Shown here piece by piece: positions 32,598-41,756 of a stretch of DNA of 64,000 bases. The DNA lies in assembly GCA_051599415.1 (NCBI GenBank), contig AP039694.1, positions 496,001 to 560,000 on the forward strand, read 5' to 3'. The notes beneath the pieces were generated by a model that worked only from the letters and a program-made list of their open reading frames with translations, did no database searches and had not been told where the DNA came from. Within the stretch, counting starts at the first letter, position 1, and each line of letters opens with the position of its first letter. The position numbers were made by a program, and so were the translations under genes. This DNA is from Savitreella phatthalungensis. Its lineage: Eukaryota.

Positions 32598-34316
32598 CTA
32601 TACTGCTGCCGACAGTGAGGATGCTACTTGCTGGATGCTGCCCTTATGTAGCTCAGCAAGCGGTCCAGAGCACGCATCGATGACTGCGGCGACGTGTGCG
32701 TAGTTGCGAGCGAGCATGGCGTTGCGCGCCGCAGGCTCACATGCCGCTGCCATACGTGTCATGCAGGACTCGTAGTCGTGACGAAGACGATCGAGCGATC
32801 TCGCTACAGGCTCGTCTGCCGCCCCTGGCGTGTCTCTGCCTAGCTGGAGGATCGCGTTCAGTAGGTCTGCAAACTTGACGGTGAGTGGCAGCGGTTTGCG
32901 AGCGCGTGCGTGCTCGTTCACGCTCGACACCGAGATCGCCGAACCTCGCAAGGAAGCCGAGTGGAGATCCATGACGGCCTGCACTCTCGGCCACAGCGTG
33001 ATGGCCAAGCCGTCCAGGAAAGGCTCCAACCCAGCAACCTTGCGCTTCTGCAGATCAAATGAGAGTTTCTGACACTGGCGAATGCAGATGAGCAGACCAA
33101 TGACATCGAGGGACTCGTGCGTCAGTTGACGTACCCAGTTCTGCGCGTCTCGAAGTGTTGCGTCGATAGTCTGAGCGAAAAGGTCTGCGATCTGACGGGC
33201 GTTGCTCGAATCACGAGATCGGAAGAACTCGTTCTGGAAAAGGTACTCGACCGCGGCATTGTCCACCAGAGCCACAACGTAGGAACGGAAGATGCGCTCG
33301 AGATTGACCGGCTTGCCTCTTGCATCTTCTGCGACATGTGCCAAAATAATGCCGCTTGTCTTGTCGTGGAGATGTCTGGCGCGAGTGCCGAGCTTCAGGA
33401 GAGCCGCTACGGTCTCTTCCGAGCCAGTCTTTCCGGAGCTTGATTTATTGGTTGCCGAGGACGAGGAGAACATGCCACCTAAGGATTTAGAGGTCTCATC
33501 CGCAATACCTCCTCCCAGCAGATCGCCCTTGCTAGGACTGAGCACCGTCATTCGAGAAAGCGCTTTCTGATATCTGTCGAAGGACGATTGATAGTACCAC
33601 CGCATCGTGTAAGTGTATGCCTGAGCGATTTCTTTCGCGAGGACCGCATGATGGTCCTGTAGGAAAGGCCAGATTTTACGGTGGCGAAGGAAGCTGGCTT
33701 GCTGAATGACACCGACGTTGGCGTTGGGTAGTCGCATCTGCTTGATCTTGGAGACCACGTAGTCTCGAATCCGTCGAACAGCAACTTGCTTCAGCTTCTC
33801 TACGAGCTCTTCGGGATATTCGACATCGATCTTACTCGTCGAGGTCCTGCTCTTCTTTGAAAATTGGTCCAACTGCATCAGGCCAGCGACCCAAGTCTTG
33901 TCGACTGGAGCATCGGATATGAGTCTGATGAGCTCAGGCGGGAGCACGACCTCATCCACAGCTGGACCGAGCACTGCTTCGAGCGCTCGCCGGTTCTGTA
34001 GCCTTCCGGCCATGGCTGTTGATCGACCTTGTAGGCCATCGATGTCGGATGTCACGTTGTCGAGCTCAGTCTGGAACGTTTTGAGTTCTGCCTGGATCTT
34101 GGTCAGGATTTCATCGCATGCAGATATTGTTTGCTTGAGCTCCGTAAGTCTGAGGATCGCCGGATCATGAAGAGCGCCATCAGTCCCATGACTGACTGCC
34201 AGCTCAGAATCTGTGGCCGTTGTTAGATTGGCGTCTGGTAGCTCGAGCTCTGTGACGAGCTGGCGAGGAGGCTTGAGCAGCGAGTCAAGAACGTCCATCA
34301 AGTCATTTGCGCTCAT
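32598..34316 (-). CDS. VPS52: GARP complex subunit Vps52/Sac2
   Basis: FQTELDNVTSDIDGLQGRS..RLQNRR, RIRDYVV, AYTYTMRWYY, VDNAAVEY, D.IGLLICIR, LWPRVQAVMDLH. Confidence 0.93.
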   Translation of the reverse strand: MSANDLMDVLDSLLKPPRQLVTELELPDANLTTATDSELAVSHGTDGALHDPAILRLTELKQTISACDEILTKIQAELKTFQTELDNVTSDIDGLQGRSTAMAGRLQNRRALEAVLGPAVDEVVLPPELIRLISDAPVDKTWVAGLMQLDQFSKKSRTSTSKIDVEYPEELVEKLKQVAVRRIRDYVVSKIKQMRLPNANVGVIQQASFLRHRKIWPFLQDHHAVLAKEIAQAYTYTMRWYYQSSFDRYQKALSRMTVLSPSKGDLLGGGIADETSKSLGGMFSSSSATNKSSSGKTGSEETVAALLKLGTRARHLHDKTSGIILAHVAEDARGKPVNLERIFRSYVVALVDNAAVEYLFQNEFFRSRDSSNARQIADLFAQTIDATLRDAQNWVRQLTHESLDVIGLLICIRQCQKLSFDLQKRKVAGLEPFLDGLAITLWPRVQAVMDLHSASLRGSAISVSSVNEHARARKPLPLTVKFADLLNAILQLGRDTPGAADEPVARSLDRLRHDYESCMTRMAAACEPAARNAMLARNYAHVAAVIDACSGPLAELHKGSIQQVASSLSAAV

Positions 34317-34533
34317 TAACGGCGTAGACTTCGGCCATGACGCGCCAGATTGGCGTCTACGTCAAGCATGCACTTCACAGATCCACTTTCTACGATGGGA
34401 CATATTCACGTAACAGTGGCAATTGGAGGTACGACTGCGTATAGCGCGCACACGCCATGGATGATTGCATGCATATGCTATCGAGATTGAGAATATGATC
34501 GTTGATACGTAGCTACGGGCAAGCTGGAGGCGG

Positions 34534-34726
34534 CACGTGTGTGATCGGTGGGATCTCTTCCGAACACGTGGACTTGAGATTTCAAGACACGTGTACTAGG
34601 TTCGACGTGCAATCTGGCCAACACGTGCAACCTGAGCAACTTCAACTTCTGTGATACTTAAGCCACAAAATTGGTCGACAGCTAAAGCCACAATATCAGT
34701 CCATATCCAGCTAGAAGGTCCACGTG
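34534..34726. promoter_or_regulatory. Cluster of five CACGTG E-boxes in the VPS52/eIF5A divergent intergenic region
   Basis: CACGTG at 34534, 34565, 34588, 34622 and 34721. Confidence 0.55.
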
Positions 34727-35497
34727 AATCTACGAATATAGGCTGAAAATCGAACTTAGAAAGACCGTGCGAGTTTGATTGTCTCGCAGAAGATGCACGA
34801 GGAAAGGAGATCTGACACTATCGCAGCAGGTCAGTCAGGAACTTTCAATGCAGACGAATCGAGTTCCGAGAATAGCTTTTCTTGCTGGCTTATTCAAGAG
34901 GCGTTGTGATGAGAATCAACACTCAGCTCACTGACACTCGACGAACAGCTTGCAAGGCTTTTGATCCGAGCTTGTCGAAGTGATGCCCATGCGCATCTCT
35001 CTGGGTGAGCCTGCTTGTCCATTGTCTGAAATCAAATTGTATTTCAAAGAAATTCTATACCTGTAGTATCAATTGATTAGAATTTATCAATCGAGAATGT
35101 CGAGCGGCGAAACTCGCGGTTCCAATAAAGCTGTGCCTTGGTGTAATTCTGGTGGTCTATGTGATTTAAACTGTAATCCATCCAGCTATGTAGTCAGTCT
35201 ATCGAAACTTCAGCAAGGCTCTTATTTCTGAATTGGCTAATTCAGACTGTCGGGCGAGCAATTATCAATTAATTCCCTCTAGGCGATTGAATACTTGTCA
35301 GTAGAACTTTTGCTAAGCTGCATTAAATCTTATATCGCCATATATAAATTTGAACGATTCTGCCTAATACTTAATTTGTCTTGGTTCAATTTTTTTTCTT
35401 TCTATGCAGCATTTGCTACTGTGGGTGGATCTCCCTCACAGGATCTCCAGGTACTGTACACACCTGTGTGTGCTTTGACGCTTGTCCAACCAACTAA

Positions 35498-35600
35498 CTC
35501 TCTCTCCCTCACCCTCACACTCACTTTCACACTCACACTCACACTCATACTCTCACTCATACTCACTCACTCTCTCTCTCTCTCTCTCACACACACACGC
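35498..35600. repeat. CT/CA low-complexity tract in the eIF5A promoter
   Basis: (ct)n, (cacact)n and (ca)n runs. Confidence 0.8.
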
Positions 35601-35783
35601 TGCTCCTCTCAACCTTGCAAGCACGTTCGGATTCCCGCAGCCATACCCTAGCAAGTGCTTACCCTGGCCAACAACGTTCTCGTGCTCGTTCCCGCACTCC
35701 CCAATCCTTCCTCGTGCACAACGTAAAAGTTTGTACCGTGTCATTCAAGATTATCCTTCAAACTTCGGAACCACCTATCAATC

Positions 35784-36100
35784 GTAAGTCTTCATTGCAC
35801 CCATTGGTCCAGATCCTTTTTCGATGTTTGCGCGACAGGAGCGAAAGTCTCAGCTATGATCTATGTTGTGCCTGTTGGGGCTACTGAGACAGCCACTGGG
35901 TCTAGTGATGACCCTATATCGTTTCCTGGGACCGACCTATGCGGTCTCAGCTGAGTTGGAGAATCGCATTGCTTGCAAGCGATTATGTGCCTCTGATGCT
36001 CACTTCCGGCGCATCGCTGTGAATCATCGCTCCATTCGCATTCATCAGTGAAGGTCGGCCAAGACAACCTGTCGTTCACGACGAGTACTGACCAATCTAG
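35784..36100 (+). other. Predicted 5'UTR intron of eIF5A (317 nt)
   Basis: Donor GTAAGT at 35784, branch TACTGAC at 36086-36092, acceptor TAG ending at 36100 directly before the ATG. Splicing gives the context caatcATG. Confidence 0.75.
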
Positions 36101-36586
36101 ATGTCCGACGCACAGCAGCAGGCAGAGCTCGAGGCTGACTTCGAGACCGGAAATGCCGGTGGCTCGCTCACCTTCCCGATGCAGTGCTCGGCCCTTCGCA
36201 AGAACGGTCACGTCGTCATCAAGGGACGTCCTTGCAAGATCATCGACATGTCCACCTCCAAGACCGGCAAGCACGGACACGCCAAGGTCCACCTTGTCGC
36301 CACCGACATCTTCACCGGCAAGAAGCTCGAGGACCTTTCACCCTCGACCCACAACATGGACGTCCCCAACGTCACCCGTGTCGAATACCAGCTCGTCAAC
36401 ATTGACGACGGCTACCTCAACCTCATGACCAACGAAGGTGTCGCAAAGGACGATGTCCGTGTTCCTGACGGTGAGCTCGGCGACAAGATCCAGGCTGACT
36501 TTGACGATGGCAAGGACCTCGTCGTCACCATCTGCTCTGCCATGGGTGAGGAGCACGCCATGTCCTACAAGGAGGGCCCCAAGTAA
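36101..36586 (+). CDS. TIF51: Translation factor eIF5A
   Basis: [22 protein letters not shown], hypusine loop [23 protein letters not shown]. Confidence 0.99.
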   Translation: MSDAQQQAELEADFETGNAGGSLTFPMQCSALRKNGHVVIKGRPCKIIDMSTSKTGKHGHAKVHLVATDIFTGKKLEDLSPSTHNMDVPNVTRVEYQLVNIDDGYLNLMTNEGVAKDDVRVPDGELGDKIQADFDDGKDLVVTICSAMGEEHAMSYKEGPK

Positions 36587-36944
36587 GCCTGGGTCCATAT
36601 ACTGCATTTAGATAGAGTGACCTGCGCGACACACAACGAAGTCCACGTAGTCTCCTTTTCAATGCTAACAGACCCGTTCTTGTCCCCACCACACGTTCTC
36701 TTGCCATCCATATCGTCTGATCTTCTTGAACCAGCCGGGATAGAGTACTTTTCAGCTTTACCCAGCGAAACCGCCTGTCGCGTGCTTCGAAAATCTGTCG
36801 TTCGTTCGTGGAAGCCTGAACATTATTTCTTCCATGCCTAATTAGGCAAAAGCCAAATGTGTTCCTGCATGGTCATCAGCGGTCCTCTTAGAAACGCTAG
36901 GCACGCAACAGGCTCAACAACGCTCGAAAAGCTCGCCGACGGCT

Positions 36945-38528
36945 ATGGCTGCGCCAGTGACTACTGCGTTACCCCTGTCAGATGACGCGGAAGCCATCTT
37001 GCATCGGAAAGTCGCTGAGGGCTCGAAGCGACGTCGACTAGATCATGTGGAGCTCCACATCCAGTACGAAATTGAAAGGACTGTCACGCAGGTCGTTCAT
37101 GCTGAATATAAGCATGTCGCATTGCAGTTCCCAGACGAGCTGCTACCAGACGCCGCTGCAGTCGTCGCGGCGCTCGAGATTGGTGTCCGAGACTCCGCGA
37201 GCACGCTCGATCACGTTGCACCTTGCCGTTTCTATGTGCTAGGAGACACATCGTATGGATCTTGCTGCGTGGACGAAGTCGCTGCAGAACATATCGGCGC
37301 GGACGCCATTGTTCACTACGGGCGGTCCTGTTTATCTCCGACATCACGCCTACCCGTGATCTACGTTTTCGGCAAGCATGAGCTCGACCTCGATGCTCTC
37401 CGCGGAAGCGTTGGACAGCTTGAAAAGAAACCTATCCTTCTAGTCTTCGACGTAACGTATGCATCTTGGCAGGACGACATTGAAAAGCTGCTGTCTTCAA
37501 CCGGACATGAAAATGTCGTTGTTGCACGACCTGCGCCGGCGACTGCCTCTGATAACGCAGGACCTGCCACGATGGGCAGCTCCCTTGCTGGTCGTAAATA
37601 TTTCCTGCCGACCGGTGCTAGCTTGTCAGACTACACCTTGTTGTACATCGGTCCTCCTAGTACGACGCTGACGACCACGTTGATGACCCACAATTCTTTG
37701 GTGGCGGATCTGTGGTCGTTTGATCCGACCACTTCGAAGCTCCAACGAGAAACCGCACAGAACATCTCTATCCGCCGAAGATACGCACAAGTCTTGAAAG
37801 CGCGTGACGCCGGTGTAATCGGTATCGTCGTGGGTACTCTCGGTGTGGCACGCTATTTGGAATTGCTCAACTCGCTGCGGGGACTCATCCTGCGTGCTGG
37901 CAAGAAGCCGTATACTTTTGCCATGGGAAAACTCAACCCTGCCAAGATGGCAAACTTTGCCGAGGTCGATGCATTCGTCCTTGTAGCCTGTGGAGAGAAT
38001 TCATTGATTGAGTCACGAGACTTCTACAAGCCAGTCGTTACACCTTTCGAGCTCAGGCTGGCTCTCGAAGCGCGCTCGTCTGACGCGGTTCTCTGGACTG
38101 GTAGTTGGATCACAGACTTCGAGCGTGTCCTGACACTCGAGAAAAGCGAGTCACAAGTGGCAGTAGAAGAACGAAGCGAAGAAGAGCAAGACGATGACTC
38201 GAATGCATCTCGCGACGACGATGCGCCTCACTTCTCCCTAGTTACAGGGAAATACTCGACTGGTGCTAGGCCCATCCACACGGCTCTCAAAACCGCCACC
38301 GACGAAGACTATGTGCTTGCCAGGCGTGTGAATGAAACGTCACTGACCAAGAAGGGCGCTTTCATCAGCCCTGCTCTCGAGCATCTCAAGTCTGCTCGCT
38401 CGTGGACAGGCCTCGGCAGTGATCATCGTTCTGCTGCGGATGACCTCGATGGGCAGGATGACAGTGGTGGTGCTGTGTTGACAGAAGGGCGTGCAGGAAT
38501 TGCTAGAGACTACGGCACGCCTTCATAG
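36945..38528 (+). CDS. DPH2: Diphthamide biosynthesis protein 2
   Basis: VALQFPDELL, GDTSYGSCCVDEVAAEH, VHYGRSCLSPTSRLPVIYVFG, GKLNPAKMANF, EGRAGIARDY. Confidence 0.95.
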   Translation: MAAPVTTALPLSDDAEAILHRKVAEGSKRRRLDHVELHIQYEIERTVTQVVHAEYKHVALQFPDELLPDAAAVVAALEIGVRDSASTLDHVAPCRFYVLGDTSYGSCCVDEVAAEHIGADAIVHYGRSCLSPTSRLPVIYVFGKHELDLDALRGSVGQLEKKPILLVFDVTYASWQDDIEKLLSSTGHENVVVARPAPATASDNAGPATMGSSLAGRKYFLPTGASLSDYTLLYIGPPSTTLTTTLMTHNSLVADLWSFDPTTSKLQRETAQNISIRRRYAQVLKARDAGVIGIVVGTLGVARYLELLNSLRGLILRAGKKPYTFAMGKLNPAKMANFAEVDAFVLVACGENSLIESRDFYKPVVTPFELRLALEARSSDAVLWTGSWITDFERVLTLEKSESQVAVEERSEEEQDDDSNASRDDDAPHFSLVTGKYSTGARPIHTALKTATDEDYVLARRVNETSLTKKGAFISPALEHLKSARSWTGLGSDHRSAADDLDGQDDSGGAVLTEGRAGIARDYGTPS

Positions 38529-38749
38529 TGATTGTACACCAGTTTCATATGATCCGCACAAGGACACGAATGGCTAATAGCTTGACGATGAGCTCTTTCC
38601 CTCAGCGGGTCCTGTTGAGGCAAATACAATTTCTTCGTGCAGTGTGCATCTCGATCAAACTCCCGTTTTAGCAACATGTAACGTGAAGACGCACGACTAA
38701 ATCGGAACAAGCTGGAGGACGTCCGTGACTAAGTCTTACTTCATCCTCA

Positions 38750-40117
38750 ATGTCAGCCGGGGACCCGTTTAGCGGCGGCGGCCCAGGGCCGAATCGACCT
38801 ATGGGCAGTCAGAGACCTACTTTGGGTGTCAACACTCATCACGCGCATCGTAACAGCTTCTCCGCCGCGACCTTCCACAACTACTTCGGCCAGCCGCCTG
38901 CCAATCCATACGCACGAGGCTTTGCACAGCAAGCGAGGCCGCCTTATATTGCAGATTTGCCGTGGCCCGTGTTTGCGCTCGACTGGCACGCAGGCGCATC
39001 TCAGGGTAGAGCATCTGGCAGAATAGCGATTGGCTCATTTTGCGACGATGCATTCAATCGGATAGGCATGCTTCAATACACAGACGAAGGTGAGTTGATC
39101 AAGACTGCGGACTTGGAAACGCCGTTGCCGTTCCCGGTCACGCAAGTCAAGCTCGAGCCTCCGACGACAGACAGGCCGCATGGTAATCTCGTGGCAAGTG
39201 TGGGCGATTATCTGCGCATCTTTAGCATCCACGATGCGGAGCAAAGTGGACGAAGACTTGGTGTCATCAGACAAGAAGCACTCTTGGGCAATACGAAACC
39301 GGACTTCTCTGCACCACTGACGGCACTATCCTGGAACAAACATGATACGAGCATAATTGCGACGGCTAGTGTAGATACGACATGTACCATTTGGGATCTC
39401 AACACGCAGCAGGCGCGCACTCAACTGATTGCTCATGATAAGGAAGTCTTTGACGTCGAATTTCTGGCAAATTCGGTAGACGTCTTCGCGTCTGTTGGAG
39501 CTGATGGATCTGTTCGCATGTTTGACCTTCGCGCGCTCGAGCATTCGACCATTCTTTACGAAGCTCCATTATCAATGGCTCAACGGCCGTCATCTCGGCC
39601 GGACAGCGCAATGGCTCAGTCAGCGCAGTCAGACGGCAAAGGAGCCACAGCTGGCGCAACACCGCTTCTTCGTTTAGCTGCTTGTCCTGCTGAGCCGAAC
39701 CTCTTGGCGACATTCCATGCTCATGCGCAGACAGTCCAGATCTTGGATGTCCGCCGTCCTGGAACACCGTTGCTAGAGCTGGACGCGCATGTCGGCACAG
39801 TTAATGCACTCGCCTGGTGCCCGACTGCGAAAAACATTCTCGCTACTGTAGCGGATGACGCACAAATTCTTGTCTGGGACCTGAATGCCAACGCATCTCC
39901 AGGTCAGACACCAGTCACTCCAGCGAGTACCACAGTCGGCGGTGGTTCGGCGGGAAGCGCAACAAGCGCGGGTTCATCAGGTGCGACCATGGCACGTATC
40001 AGGGAGCCTTTGATGGCGTACACTGCGGAGTCGGAATTGAACAATCTAGCGTGGTCCGGCGACGGCACAAAAATCGTGACCACATTCGGCCGCCATGTGC
40101 AGGTTGTCCGTCTTTGA
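38750..40117 (+). CDS. WD40 protein DCAF7/WDR68/AN11-like
   Basis: APLTALSWN, ASVDTTCTIWDL, TQLIAHDKEVFDV, FASVGADGSVRMFDLRALEHSTILYE, PLLRLA. Confidence 0.93.
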   Translation: MSAGDPFSGGGPGPNRPMGSQRPTLGVNTHHAHRNSFSAATFHNYFGQPPANPYARGFAQQARPPYIADLPWPVFALDWHAGASQGRASGRIAIGSFCDDAFNRIGMLQYTDEGELIKTADLETPLPFPVTQVKLEPPTTDRPHGNLVASVGDYLRIFSIHDAEQSGRRLGVIRQEALLGNTKPDFSAPLTALSWNKHDTSIIATASVDTTCTIWDLNTQQARTQLIAHDKEVFDVEFLANSVDVFASVGADGSVRMFDLRALEHSTILYEAPLSMAQRPSSRPDSAMAQSAQSDGKGATAGATPLLRLAACPAEPNLLATFHAHAQTVQILDVRRPGTPLLELDAHVGTVNALAWCPTAKNILATVADDAQILVWDLNANASPGQTPVTPASTTVGGGSAGSATSAGSSGATMARIREPLMAYTAESELNNLAWSGDGTKIVTTFGRHVQVVRL

Positions 40118-40253
40118 TCAAGCGTGGCAGAGTGTGACGTTGCATGATTCGATGTGATAAATTGCGACGCACACAGACGCACTACAACGTCAGGCGGGCT
40201 TCGACTCAATTGTACTCATCTGGACCTGACCTCAATGTACAGGCTGCAAAGTG

Positions 40254-41621
40254 ATGTTCTGGCTCGCGAAGGTAGCTCTGCTGCATCAAGGCGCTTTGGT
40301 TGCAGGTAATGTCGGATTCATGCTATCCTCAAATTCTGGCATTGACATCCTGCGCCTCCTGCACCCATCAGTAGAGCAAATCCTGGTCAATACTGGCTGG
40401 GTCGAGAAACGCTTGTACGACGTTAACATAGTCGCAATTTCGTCAGATTGCCCTCAAAGCGTCAAGGCAGCGCTGGAGGCAACACGCGGTCTGGATGTCT
40501 CTCAAAACGATGCCGTCACAATGCTTGGCTGGCAATGGGATTTTGATGCACCATGGCATTTAGCCAGGCTCAACGCAGACGATTGGGACTATGATCTTCC
40601 GATAGATCCAACTCGCTCGATGTACTACATTCATGATTCCGAAGAGCTTGGACAAGGTGTGGATGTCCACATCATCGATACCGGCGTCGATAAGGCAAAC
40701 TCTTTCTTCGGCGGGCGAGCAGTGCCCCGAGGCCCAGGCCGTCGAGGTAGACAGCTCGAAGACCAGGATGCAGACGGTCATGGTACCGCTGTCGCCGGAT
40801 TGGTAGGCTCTGCCAAGCACGGCGTCGCACGAGGTGCCAAACTCGTCACCTTCCGTTGCAAGGTGGACGAACGCATGCCATGTACCGTCTTCAAGGTACT
40901 CGAGTATATGGAGGCTGTCTGGGAACGACGTCGTCGTGTGGCATTAAATCATGAGCGGACGACTGCAATCGAGATGATGCTCCTGCCCTTCAAGGTCGCT
41001 CGGAATCACGCGCTCGACATGGGCGTAAAGCGAACGATCGCTTCCATCGTTCCCATAGTGGCCCCTGCGGAGCCGGTCAGTGCAAATACCTGCGAAGTCT
41101 CGCCGCAGCGATCCGACTACTCGATCGTTGTCGGAGGATTGACGCGCAAAGATGCGACGATCGGGGGAAGACGACTCGCTCGTTGTGTCGACGTCTATGC
41201 GCCAGCAGAAATGCTTCTGACAACTGGGATACAACCGAACGCGAATCGTTACTCGCGTCCAAACCACGATTCGGAACTTTACGTATCCGGAACAAGTTTC
41301 AGCGCCGCCATCGTCACAGGAGTACTGGCGGTGCACCTGCGTCGTATTGTCCAGGATTTTCGCATCAATAGGCAAAACGGTGTTCATCGGATGGTCAGGC
41401 AATATCTATGGAATAATCTCGTGCTGGAAGGGAAGATAACGGGCGCAGCCAGATACAACTCTCCGTCCAACAGGATAATCCACTACATGCCGGAATCCTT
41501 CAAGCAATGTTGGCGGGATGAGCACGCGCACGAACTTTTCCCCGAACCGCTTCAGGACGCTGTCATGCAGGATATCACGCGTCCCACCGGCGTGTGCTCA
41601 CCAACAAATCTTATCGGGTGA
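40254..41621 (+). CDS. Divergent subtilisin-like (S8, proteinase K-type) protein, copy 1
   Basis: APWHLARL, GQGVDVHIIDTG (Asp), DGHGTAVAG (His), CVDVYAP, SGTSFSA (Ser). Lacks the AAGN motif. Confidence 0.85.
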   Translation: MFWLAKVALLHQGALVAGNVGFMLSSNSGIDILRLLHPSVEQILVNTGWVEKRLYDVNIVAISSDCPQSVKAALEATRGLDVSQNDAVTMLGWQWDFDAPWHLARLNADDWDYDLPIDPTRSMYYIHDSEELGQGVDVHIIDTGVDKANSFFGGRAVPRGPGRRGRQLEDQDADGHGTAVAGLVGSAKHGVARGAKLVTFRCKVDERMPCTVFKVLEYMEAVWERRRRVALNHERTTAIEMMLLPFKVARNHALDMGVKRTIASIVPIVAPAEPVSANTCEVSPQRSDYSIVVGGLTRKDATIGGRRLARCVDVYAPAEMLLTTGIQPNANRYSRPNHDSELYVSGTSFSAAIVTGVLAVHLRRIVQDFRINRQNGVHRMVRQYLWNNLVLEGKITGAARYNSPSNRIIHYMPESFKQCWRDEHAHELFPEPLQDAVMQDITRPTGVCSPTNLIG

Positions 41622-41756
41622 CAGACCTCACGTGGGGTCGACGACTTCGGACTCAGGTATCGATGTTTTATCGCATGCACGTCAGCGGTACAGAGAAGCA
41701 CCGTCGAGCAAATATCGAGAAAAGACATCCGTCCATCAAAGGAGTGCCAGTTAACG

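Noticed and set aside
36700..36785. CCAGCGAAA resembling a TPP riboswitch 3' end
   Set aside because: Lacks the CUGAGA and GAUAAU core elements, and no thiamine gene is adjacent.
36101..38528. Adjacency of eIF5A (hypusine) and DPH2 (diphthamide)
   Set aside because: Thematically neat, but there is no evidence of co-regulation and it is plausible by chance without synteny data.
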